A stretch of DNA of 64,000 nt from Adineta vaga (taxonomy: Eukaryota; Animalia; Rotifera): NCBI GenBank assembly GCA_021613535.1, contig CP075493.1, positions 14,384,001 to 14,448,000 on the forward strand. The letters run 5' to 3'. The notes under the pieces are model-generated. The model was given only the letters and a program-made list of their open reading frames with translations, was not told where the DNA came from and made no database searches. Position numbers and translations under genes: made by a program. This document shows positions 52,574-64,000 of this stretch, piece after piece. Position 1 is the stretch's first letter. The number at the start of each line of letters is the position of its first letter.

Positions 52574-54709
52574 ATGTCTTGGAAAGGAAAACTAAGCGGT
52601 ACATCAGGAGATAAATCATCTTCATCGAATACTGGAGGAACAACTCTTCCTGAACCATTAGCTCCTATTGAACTAGAAGGAAATCCTAATTCTACGCCAT
52701 CATCCTCTTTCTCAGTTCGTCAATTGAGATCAGTTGCTTCGTTTGCAGCATTGAGTTCATCAGCTCAACAATGGTCTTACCATAGAGGAGCACAATCTGC
52801 TGAGACAACTACCAAACAAATTGAAGCTGATATGCGAGAAGTGAGAAATATTATTGCAAACTATGCTTTAGAACCATTGGAAATCTTACATCTCGGTAAA
52901 TTGATTAAAAAAAACAAACGTATCTTGATTCTCTTATTTGTGATGCTTTTGTTTAGTGGATCGATGGATTCAACAACTTCTTTATGAATTTCTTCAACAA
53001 CGTGATCATTTCAAACATCAATTAGGTGAAATTCGGTCTAAACAAGAATTATCCAATACACAAATATGATGAAAATGAACGAATGCGAGAAATCTATAAC
53101 GGATATAGAGACTTAGAAAAAGTTCGTGATGGTATTCTTTCACAAGAATCATTCGAAGAATTAAATCATTTTCTCGGACAAATCAATGATACTAATTTAA
53201 ATGAAATGAAAGAAAAATTTCGTTCATTAATTGAAGATTTTGCTCTCTCTGGATATGATTGATCGAGAAGTGAATTCGAGTAATTATGATAATCCTATCA
53301 TTGATATGAAGGACAAATTATTACATTTAAAAAAATCAAATGAAAAAGAATTTCATACGATTTGTATTGTTGGATTGGAAAAAGCAGGAAAATCAACATT
53401 TATAAATGCACTTCTTGGTTATGAACTTCTCGATGTTCCTGGTTTCGATTCACCGATCAAAGAACATCGTGATGCTGGTCTTGAAGCTATCAAATTAGCT
53501 GATGCATTTTTTTTCCTAACAAATGGTCAACAACCAAGTCTAACTGGTCCACAAATTGATTTACTTCAAGAAATTCAACAAAATCATTTCGAAGCTATGC
53601 AACGTGCTTTTGGAATCATTACAAAACTTGATCTTTGTCAAACGGCATCAATATATCAAGAACATTATGATAAAACATTTGCGAAATTAATTGAAAAATG
53701 TTTTAAATCCGATCGTATTTATGCTACGTGTTTACGAATGGAAATTCTCAATGAAAATTCTGAATAATTTCATGTTATTACTCGAAAATTAGAAAAGTTT
53801 GGTGATAATTTAATTCATGGATTTGAACGATGTAAAAATGGTCTAAATCAATTTATTGAATATGATTTACCTAAAACACATTTAAAACAATTAATAGATC
53901 TTGGTAAAATGAAATTAATTCGATTTGTTAATGAACGAATCGATAAAATCAAAGAAAAACAAATTCTACCGGAAAATCTTTCAACAAAATCAATTGATGA
54001 ATATCTTTCACAGAAACATATGGAAAATTGGGATCGAATTTATTCTCAAGATATTTTTCAACCAGTTTTTGATCAAGCCAATTATTGGCATACAATGATA
54101 ATAACAAGAGAACGTGCTTTGTTTATTGATGATATTAAACAAAAATTTCATGATACATTTTTTGATTTAACAAAAGAATTTATTCAACGAAAATTTCCAA
54201 TTGAACAATTAGTTTTCGAAACGTATGGTGCATCGAAATTGCAATTAAATATTCATCCAATTGATGATCAAATACGAGAAAAATTATGTTTTGATTTAAA
54301 AAATCTTGTCAATTCAACATCAAATATTCTTGCAGAATATTTATATTATAAATATATTTGTGAATTAGAAAATATTCTTTATAAAATTTCATCACAATTG
54401 AAAGATTTTTATCAAATGAAATTAACTTTAGATAAATGTATTTATGAAACACATGTATTAGTTTTACGTGTTTGTCGACCAGTAATTATTGCAACTTTAA
54501 GATATTCTTATTTAGATTTATCTGTGAAACAAGATGCAGTCAATGAATTGATTTATATTGCACCAATTGTAGCATTTAATATTGCAAATATTCCAAATCA
54601 AGATGATAATGGTGAATTACTTGGTTCACAAATACTTGCATCAGCAGAAGCATTAGCTGATAGAAGTGAAATGACAACATCGATTATTAAAACACTTTTT
54701 AAGAAATAA
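52574..54709 (+). pseudogene. Dynamin-like (bacterial DLP-type) GTPase pseudogene
   Basis: G1 VGLEKAGKSTFINALLG directly abuts G3 DVPG (G2 region missing); G4 TKLD; frame break near 53260; in-frame TAA at 53765-53767 upstream of ORF 53909. Confidence 0.75.
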
Positions 54710-55639
54710 CTATATATATACTATCAACGATATCTTTTTCTTTTCATTATCTTTAGTTATATGCTTTTCTAATTAAGAAAAATAAGTATAAACGCAAGAT
54801 ATTATATCGAGCGGACAAAATCGAACACCTGCATATCAAATGTAAGAACAAGTTAGATACGTAAGCAAGCATCGAGAATTGTTGTTCGTGTTGATAAAAG
54901 TGTTTGAGAGAGTGATGATCATATTCATTTTGAAATGCTCCCTTAAAAGTGGATAGACATTATCAAAAGAATAAATGTACATTTGTTTTCTTATTCAGTA
55001 TTTTGATTTTATAAACAAGAATGAAAGATTTTTGTTCCAAGTAAAATTCAATCTAAAGTATATGTTTTTATGAACTTTTATAAATAACTCTATCTATACA
55101 AATAATGGTCATTTTTCTTTTCGTTCTCTTCTGTAAACACGTGTTTTAAACAATAGAGAGGAAAACAATAACGATTATTTGTTTCTCTTTATGTGATAGT
55201 CGATAAGTCTAATTCAGTTTGCATTTCAAATTTCGAAATATCTCGATGAAGACAAAATGGTTTCGATGTGGTCGGTTGATCGTTACCCGAAATGGTACAA
55301 TCGAACAACTTGCGCTTCAACGAGACGATGGTAGTCGATACTGTAAATGGTACAGTAAGAAAATGACATTAGAAGAAGTTCAACGTGAAATTCTTCAAGT
55401 GTATGGCTTAGGTAAATTATTAATTAGCTATATATGATCATATTTTATTGATTGATTCTTATAGGTAATTCAATAACTCGTACATCATTATATAATTATA
55501 AAAAAGAACCAATAAATTTTGAAAAATATAAAACATTTTATCAATATATGGATATACATGTCCAGCTTGAAATCGATATTCAATTGAACAAACAAGTTTC
55601 AATTGAATTCAAGTTTCAAGTTCGACACTACTGTAGTTT

Positions 55640-55878
55640 TCTTGATGTAAGAAAGCATGATAGAAAGTTCCGTGACGTTAGCTATCACAGAACTGTCTGA
55701 GTGTGATTTCACCCACGCTCCGTCTCCACCCCAACCATCATTACATCCATTCGTCGACCTTTCTTGGGACCTAGGGAAGCATCGTGGAAAATTTGGTGAT
55801 TGTAGCTATTACAGAGACCGAATGCATAACGAACAGACAGACAGACAAACTTTCTTCTGTATATATATATATAGATTT
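55640..55878 (+). repeat. Third copy of the dispersed repeat (3' end)
   Basis: Near-identical to 50480-50706, ending cagacagacagacaaactttc..tatatatatagatt. Confidence 0.7.
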
Positions 55879-56458
55879 TAAATAAGCACGTTGACTTATT
55901 TTATCAATTACAGTTAATGTTTCGTCATTATTAGGAAAGAAAATAACTTGTTCAGGAAAAAAGGATTGGAATGATTGAATGAAATATTGATGAAATATCA
56001 AAATAAACGTTTACACGATCACTCCTGAAGATGCAATGTCAATTATTACTAAGCTTTGCTACATAGGTTTCTTCTCAATGTTTCCATCGATGTTCAAAGA
56101 TGAAAAAGATCAATCGTAGCCTTACCGAATTATGAAAGAAATTCCAATATCTATACATCATTATATAAGAATCCGAAGATTAAAACCAAACATCTGAAAA
56201 AAAAGTTAATTGAAAAATATCGACCAACGATCTGAGTTCATTACGAAGGCAATCTTGGCCTTGTTGTACTATACTATAAGGATACCTTTGCTGAAATCCA
56301 AGTTTGAGATTAACTGCTCTTATTTTTTGAAGTACATACAACACTCGGATTTATAACATAAATCATCACAATAGTAAACATACTCTTATTCTCGTTCTCA
56401 TAAAGTTCATTCTTTTGAATGACTATTACAGTTTTGATCGTCGATCATGAAGCATTTC

Positions 56459-57832
56459 TTAATAAATCTCATTAATCCATTCAAATCCATGTTGTAATTC
56501 ATATTCACCTACTAGCAAGTTTATCAGCATTGACAACATCATATTTTTCCATCATTTTTTCTGTTTCTTCAAAAATTCGTTCATTCAACTTCATCCATCG
56601 TTGATGAATAGTTCGAGCAAGTTGTTTCTATTGAGGATATTGAATTAAACTTCGATAGACAATAAATTGAAGCGGTGCCCATCCATTTGGATAATCCCAT
56701 TGTTGTTTACTATATTTTGCTATTGTTGTTACAAGACCACCATCATATAAAAATAAAGATTCAATGTGTTCAACCACCGATTTCATTTGATCATTTGTTT
56801 AAATTTTAAACAACCTTGAAAATAAACTAGCTAAATTCATATGATTAGTTTATTTCTTTTGAATAAAATTATAATCTGGAAAAAATTTTAATTTATCCGA
56901 CCACATATATCTTCTTATTGCTATGATAACGACATTGTGCTTCAATTGTTTTACCTAAAATTAATTCTAAATGATATAATAAACAATTAAGATCTATTAG
57001 AGGAATATTTGTAATAATAATTGTTGGTCAATCAGTTTCATCTTTTAACCAACGTGAACTAAAGTCCCATTCACATTCACCAGCTGCTGTTAAATCAATA
57101 TAAACATTTGGATTTTTGATTTTTTACCTGTTTGAATATTTTCAATAAATGATTCTGGTCTTGGTTTATTTCTATTTTTAACATAATAACGATTTAAAAT
57201 AGTTCCATCATCTTATTTAATGGATCTTTTTTGTCATCCAAAACTGATATTCAATTTCTAATTCATTTTTATATCTTTCTGTTTCTCCTAATAATTCCGT
57301 CATTAAGGAAAAAAATGGTGGTTGACTTTGTTCAATATAATAAGATCGATTTCCACCTGGAATATGACCAATTGTTCGAATTAAATAAGCAAAATTTTTC
57401 TAACATATTATTTGCTAATTCAATTTTATTTGATCAAATTAAACCTAATATAGTAAAATAAGTATGCCAATAATAAAACTCTCTAAAACGACCACCTGGA
57501 ATGACAAGTGGATACGGAATTTCAATTAATGATGAATAATTTTCTTTTGTTATTGTTCGTGTTAATAAAGACCAAAGACAATAACAATATTCTTCGATTG
57601 AACATTTTTCAATCATAATATCGATTGAAGTTGGAATTATAAAATGCTCAGAAATAAATGAAGAAAGATTAAATGTTGATTTGATTTTTTCTTCATCATA
57701 TTTTTCAAGAATTCCATTGGGTATTAATTGTCGTGGAATTACATCACAGAACGTTTTAGAATCAGGAAATATTCGTGGTAATTAAATATCTTCAAATAAT
57801 TCTTCATAAATTTCATTGGGTGATTGAATCAT
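56459..57832 (-). pseudogene. Trehalase (GH37, bacterial TreA/TreF-like) pseudogene
   Basis: IFPDSKTFCD, IPGGRFREFYYW, RPESF.E, AAGE..DFSSRW, QQWDYPNGWAPLQ, MMEKYDV and GF.W.N motifs; many stops and frameshifts; no introns seen. Confidence 0.88.
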
Positions 57833-59113
57833 TAATGAATTAAATAAAGAAATTTTTTTGCTTAAAGTTTTAGAAAAGAACAGAGTAAGTCATCTAAAAT
57901 ATGGTATGTAAGAATAAGAAAGATTAATAATACCGTTAATATTATGACAGATAAGTGAAATGATATCAACGAAAGATAACAACGTCATACTCACATTTAA
58001 CTCGATGATACGAATCGTAAAAAAAAACATAATCGAAGCATTATTACGTTTATTCCCATGTGTCAAACACCTTGTCATACAGAATTACATCTTAAGCTTA
58101 TCTTTGATTCAATCATCGTCGTCATCTATAGAGATAATCATTTATGATCATTGACAATTAATTTGTCAAATGACATGACGACTTACATATGATAATCTTA
58201 CTTGTCGAGTTTTCCATTTACTTAAATAACACGAGTCAAATGACATTCATTGGTAGATTGGATCAAAGGTAATTATTTTCAGCGATTTTCTTTTTCTCGA
58301 ATTCTCGTTTCATGGTAGTATTTGTTTTAAATTCGATATTTGATAATGATTGGTTATGTTCTCTTAAACATAAATTCTTCAAACTTATGTCTCAAGATTT
58401 TCCTATTCTCAATAAATTGTAATATAAAAGTCAACAACAAAAAATGAAGCAACATTGATTTACATTGATTATTTTTCTCATCTCATTCATCTCAATCTAG
58501 TTAAAAAGTGTCGTCTAATCAATAAAAATATAATCAAATTATATATAAGATTTTTTCTCGGAAAATTTGTCATGCATTCTTTAAATGTAAACTAAATATT
58601 TTTCTTTCCACGTTTACTGTTAACTTATTTGACTTTATGATAGAAAGAAATTTATTCACATCCGGATTCTTGATTATATACTTGTTAAATTAAAAGCTAA
58701 ACAATTATAGGTTATCTTGAACATCAAAACAAACCGTCTCAAACGAGGTTTAACAAAAACTAATATGTAACTTTGACTTCTTTCATGAATAGTTTTATTC
58801 GAGAGCATAACAAAACTTTTCATGCTCTAAATGAATACTTTTTAAATAAAAAAAATCCTAATATATGTTTCAGAATAATAATGTTCGGCTAAATAGAGAA
58901 TAAAAAATGTTTAATAAAGCGCCCGCAACGCTTTAATAATGATATTCTGTGTAGGATTATTAACCATTCGATTGAACACATCGTAGATTGAATTGATAGA
59001 AATATCATCATCATCATTTGTTTCAGTTAGTTTACTTCCAATTCGTGCAACATTTTCAATAAATTTAAACATCGAATCACGAATGATTTTATAATCTTTC
59101 TCGACTAAAACAG

Positions 59114-59828
59114 TAGTGTCAAACTCGAAAGTTGAATTCAACTATTCACTTATTCAGTTACTCGACTATTCAGTAATAGACGGCGTGCGCAAGAGTCAGC
59201 GTAGGCCACACTAGGACTCACCCCACACATCCATCTATTTGCACCACGAGCATCCTCAGACTACTGGTACCCCGCTGCACGCTCCCATATAATGGTCTTT
59301 TAAATTTCAATTAGAATTTTAACGAAAAAAATGAATCTTAGTTAAAACTGAAATGGGAGGACTAGCGGATTTAAGAAAACACACATTTTTGTAACTCATT
59401 ATATAAAATGTTTTGTCTATAGTCTCTATTAACATGATAAGTTACGATAATTAAGAACACTAGGAGGACTAGGGGGACTAGAAGGAGTTACCATATTCAG
59501 AACATCAAAGCGATATCACGTATACATGTATGGATTCTTTTGATTGAAACCTTCAAAGATGCGAACTATCTCGCAATTTTCTTAGTCTCCTTAGTCCTCC
59601 TAGTCCACCTAGTCCTCCTAGTTCTCTTAGTTCTCTTAGTCCTCCATATTGAGGTTGTGGGAAGGGTGTGGCGGGGGTATTAGCATATTGAGGGTGCAGG
59701 GGTGTGTGGTGGGGGTATTAGTATATTGAGGGTGCGGGGAGGGTGTTGGCGGTGTAATGGAATAACTGAACAGTTGCATAAATAGGTAACTAAATAGTTG
59801 AATACTTGAGTTCTAGTTTTGAGCACTA
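59114..59828. mobile_element. MITE-like element with degenerate TIRs (TAGTG...CACTA) and internal inverted 10-bp repeats
   Basis: Left end tagtgtcaaactcgaa..attcaactatt matches the reverse complement of the right end; ctaggaggactag arrays (~59460) face ctagtcctcctag arrays (~59590-59645); G-rich direct repeats at 59655-59752. Confidence 0.55.
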
Positions 59829-59949
59829 TACTACGGGTATGGTTTCCACTCTAATATTGATTCCGTATGAAATGTAATATCTCTGATGCTAGTCGTTGTG
59901 GAAGGTGTTGTTCTGTTAGATCTCCAAGTTCCGCGGTATATGTATAAAT

Positions 59950-60465
59950 GGGGTCCGATTTTTTTTTAATTCAATTTGAAATATAAAAGACCATAGACTC
60001 CCATCATTCTACCGTCACCTCAATATGGTTTTTGGATGTTTTCCATCATTTTGAAGAAAATGTTTTTTTGACCTTTGACCCGCGACAGACATACATACAT
60101 ACAAAGGAAATTCCTGTTTTTTGGTAACTTTTTTTTCGCTATACCCTTCTTTCAGTCGAGGGAATATACTTTTTCAGTTCTTTGGTATTACCGTCCCTTC
60201 AGCCAAGGGAGCCTGTTCGTTTGGTCTCAGAACTCATCAAAGATCGAGTTTTTCCCACTTTCAAGGCGACTTCGAAAAACTGGTTTTTTAACCTTTGTCT
60301 TCCCTCTGCTACGCTCCTTCCCTCCTCACTCCAACTAGACCCATCCTATTATCATTTTTGAATGTTTTAGATGATTTTGAACAAATGGTTTTTTGACTTG
60401 CCACAAACACACAAACCATTTTAGTTTTTTTCGTATCACTCTCTCCCTTCAGTCGAGGGAATAAA
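59950..60465 (+). mobile_element. Non-autonomous repeat (HINE-like) remnant with duplicated 3' end
   Basis: Block cat(t)ttt..gtttttttgac...ttcagtcgagggaata occurs twice (ending ~60165 and ~60462); (cata)n microsatellite; small hairpins. Confidence 0.4.
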
Positions 60466-60905
60466 AAGTAAAGAGCAAAGAAAACGTTTTTATATATTTA
60501 TTGAGCAATAACTTTTGAGCTATTGGGCAATTGTCCAATGGCCACCCCCTAGCTACGCCACTGAGACTGAGTTTTCTCAACATTAATAAAAAAACTGTCA
60601 CAATGATCACACCAAATAAGAAGAAAAAATGGATGAAACATGTTGAAAAATAATTTCTCGTTGATTATATTTCTTTTATCTAAGGGTCAAGACAGAAAAT
60701 TTCTTGAGGTCTACTTTATGACGTAAATGTCATTTTCATTTTGACATATCCTACGTAATTCATTATAAAATATTTTTTTTATTACAATCATTTTATTCTA
60801 TAATCTAGTTTTTATCTTATAAAAACCTTTGGCAACGTCATTTTAAAATCTACTAACACATTTTCAAGTAAATATTCATTTTATATCGAAAGATTAACAA
60901 AACCA

Positions 60906-61810
60906 ATGACAAACATTATCAAATTTCTATTGTTATTAGTATTTGAAATTCCAGCTATTATCATATCGATTTTATTGTTTTTTTATTTTCTAACAAATCA
61001 AATCGTTAGTTTAAAACCTAAAAATCATATATGGATTGTTCTTCTTGTATTTAACTTTATTCAATTATTAGTTCTTATACCAATGCCAATTAGTTTTTAT
61101 TATTTTGAAAGAATATGGCCAGCAACAAATACTTATTGTGTTTGGTGGAATTGGTATGAATATTCGTCGAATACAGGTTGTGTTATTCTAATGGCATGGG
61201 CATCAGTTGAACGATACTTTTTTGTATTTTATCCGAGATTTTTAGTTGGCACATGGTGGAAAAATGGATCTTTCATTTTATTCCAATTCTTCTTTGTATG
61301 CTATGGCCAGGTTCATGGCATTTTGCTGTTATAGTTATTAGTCCAGATTGTGTTAATGTATGGGATTTTAATCAAGTTATTTGTGGTAATCCATGTTTTC
61401 AAACAGTTCATGGAGGTATTCTTGGTGTGCTTCATCTAGTTTTGAATATCATGATTCCAATTATTATTATTGTAACTACAAATATAACTCTTATTAGTCG
61501 AGTTATCTATGAAAAATTAGCTCGTCATCAAGCTGTAACCTGGCGTCGTCATCGTCGAATGGCCTTTCAATTATGGTTTGTTTCATCTCTTTATATGATT
61601 GGGTGGTTACCGTTAACATTAATAGGTTTCGTTAGATTTACTGGATATCCAGGATTTATGTATGAACATTTATCAACAATTTATTTTTTACTTTATTTTG
61701 TTCCACTTCTCTTACCTATTGTTTGTTTATGTGTATTTCCTAATGCAATCAAAAGTACACGAGATTTGCTTCAACGACGAATTAATAGTCGAGTTGGAAC
61801 AATCACATAA
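60906..61810 (+). CDS. Orphan class A GPCR with a 1-nt frameshift in an A-run near 61260
   Basis: MAWASVERY in TM3 and GWLP in TM6; adding one A to tggtggAAAAAtgg fuses the two ORFs into a 7TM protein (WWKKWIFH). Confidence 0.8.
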
Positions 61811-62024
61811 TTTCATCTTTTTTTTAAACTAATGAATATTTTCTCAATTATATCGTTAATAAAAAATACGCACTTTTCTTTCATTATGTCAAATTCATCT
61901 TTGTCATTGAAGTCCTTAAGAAAGATTCTCTTGTTTGACATTTCCATCAAAAACTATAATCTTGAGGGGTGGGTGGGTGTGGGTGTGGATGTGAATCTAT
62001 TCTTTCTACACCCACACCCACACC

Positions 62025-64000
62025 TTCATTATTATCATCAATGATATATCTCGATATTTCTTCTTGAATATAAGAATACGAATCATCCAGTTTTACTTTT
62101 TTTACCATTCTTCAGATCATGTTCGATGTTTGCAAATAGACTTTTTCTTTTGTGAACACTTGAGGATGATAACGATGTATTTAGAAGTTCTTGGTGTTGT
62201 TCTTTTGTCTTCAGATCATTTGAAAGGAGATATTTAGATTCATGCACCATTACTACACAATGATCAAACACCAGTTGTTTGATTTTCCCACATAATCGTT
62301 CTTTTGTGGCATCACCAAGTGATGATTGAGTAATCCAGCGAATTTTAAACATCCCATCGAGGAATGAAGAAAAAAGAAAAACCGGATCTTTGTATAGATT
62401 GTAGAACTTTTTGTTTGTTTTAAAATCGACATTAATATTAGTAAGATTCACATCCATTTGTTTGAGTAAACCACCAAATCTCGATAATAATGAATTTAAT
62501 AAACCTTCACATAATGATGTAGTATATTGTTCATTATTCTTGTCACTGACTAAATCCAAATAAATGGCCAAAATACTTGGTGCCACAATTGAAATTGATG
62601 GAGAATTTTGACATTGAGTAGCTGTTGTTGCTTGTGCAAATAAACAAAATAAATCGACAAATTCTCGCAACATTGTTATATCACGTGTATTTAAACATAA
62701 ATGTTTGTATTTAAATTGACCTAAAATATCATTTAATTCAATAGTTGGTATAGTAAGAATTCGTTCGACAGTCATAAACTGTGAATTCCACCTTGTAATG
62801 ACAGCACGTGGGATTGATACTTTCATCAAATCTAATTTTTCTGCAAATTTAGTAGATGTATGTGCAAGTTTTGCAATAGCAGAAACCTTTTCCAATGCAT
62901 TCACAATTGATTTGGCCTCTTTCAGACCGTCTTTGACAACGAGTTGGATTGTATGTACGAAACAAGGAATTCGAAATATTTCACTATTTTCCATTAAGCG
63001 ATTTATTGATTCTTGGATAAGATCTTCAGTTGCTACATCAGAGGTTGTTAATATATTTGTTGTTGATAATTGATCAACTGGATATTCATATTCATCACTT
63101 AATGTTCCATCATCATTTGTATCAGAATCATTTTCACCTTCATCAATTCCATTACCATTATCTTCAAAGTACTTCTCAAAGCCAGGATTAATAATATTTT
63201 GAAAAGCACTAATATTATTTGCTGCATTGTCAGTAACTAAACGAACAATTTTGTTTTTTATTCCGAATATACTAACGATTTCTTCATATTTTTCAAGTAA
63301 TAATGATCCAGAATGAGTACCCCATAGCGGCACAAAGCATAGAACATATATTTTAAAGTTACCACCAACGATTGCATGAGCTATAGAATAGGTGATCTAT
63401 ATTGAAGCATTTATTAACTATAATCCTACCTGTTGCAGCAAAAACAAATCTCATTCTTCTGTCACTCCAAACATCTAATGCTAATGATAAAAATGTAGCT
63501 GTTAAACAAAATATCATTAAATGGTCATGCATTTTGTCGATCAAATTGGGAACTATTTTTCGAGTTATAGTTCGTCGATTTACAACGGTAAATTTGGAAT
63601 CAATTTTTTGCATAAAACCAATGAATGCTGGACGTTCTACAATTGACAGTGGCAAACCCTAGGTAATAATTAAATCATTGACAATAGCCAAAGATAATTC
63701 CATTTGTCGAGGATGATTTGAACCATAAGATGCACGATTCGGTGAACCACTTTTTCTTGAAAAATCATTAGTAATTTTGTTGCTTTGTACAGTTGAGTCG
63801 ACCTTGTCAGATAGAGTCAACCATTTTTCATATTCTTCTTTATGATATTGACGAGCATGTCGAGTAAAGTTCGAGGTAACTCCTTGCTTGTCTATAACTC
63901 TTTTGGATTTCTTGCATAACAAACATTTAGCAGACCACCTATCCTTGTCAACTTCAGTTTGAAGATCGTCAAAGAATTGATCACGAGCAGTTTTAAATAC
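62025..64000 (-). mobile_element. hAT-superfamily transposase with BED zinc finger, inactivated
   Basis: BED finger CLLC..TSNFTRH..YH, first catalytic D in LALDVWSD, second in VTDNAAN, CFVH, TRWNS; intron 63381-63429; in-frame TAG at 63659-63661; frameshift near 62090; C-terminal dimerisation domain missing. Confidence 0.88.

Noticed and set aside
61255-61266. GPCR split into two genes
   Set aside because: One missing A in a homopolymer explains it; both halves form a single 7TM protein.

Overview
AT-rich eukaryotic genomic DNA with many short (~50-65 bp) spliceosomal introns. The gene families present (ARTC ADP-ribosyltransferase fused to FG-GAP repeats, orphan class-A GPCRs, F-box/LRR-like genes, bacterial/fungal-like genes that have acquired introns) strongly suggest a bdelloid rotifer (inference). 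About 20 apparently intact genes: ART-TM-FG-GAP receptor-like protein, GPCR, secreted beta-lactamase-fold hydrolase, tandem novel-repeat/Ubl/GTPase genes, HFCD flavoprotein, CPA2 antiporter, TIL inhibitor, DGAT2, Ubl, ML protein, TRIM, a tail-to-tail pair of paralogous membrane proteins, two CxxxC/CxC secreted peptides, a divergent MAP2K, GH31 alpha-glucosidase and a secreted LRR protein. These are mixed with decaying pseudogenes (GH38 mannosidase, F-box, P450, dynamin-like GTPase, trehalase), non-autonomous elements and a hAT transposase. The best candidates for undescribed systems are (i) a type II membrane receptor ADP-ribosyltransferase with a cytoplasmic toxin-like R-S-E ART domain and at least 12 extracellular FG-GAP repeats, (ii) a tandem pair of repeat-domain/Ubl/GTPase genes with a sharply bounded gene-conversion tract, and (iii) small secreted and membrane paralog pairs. 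Gene models were assembled by eye from GT/GC-AG sites and frame continuity; no database search was run.
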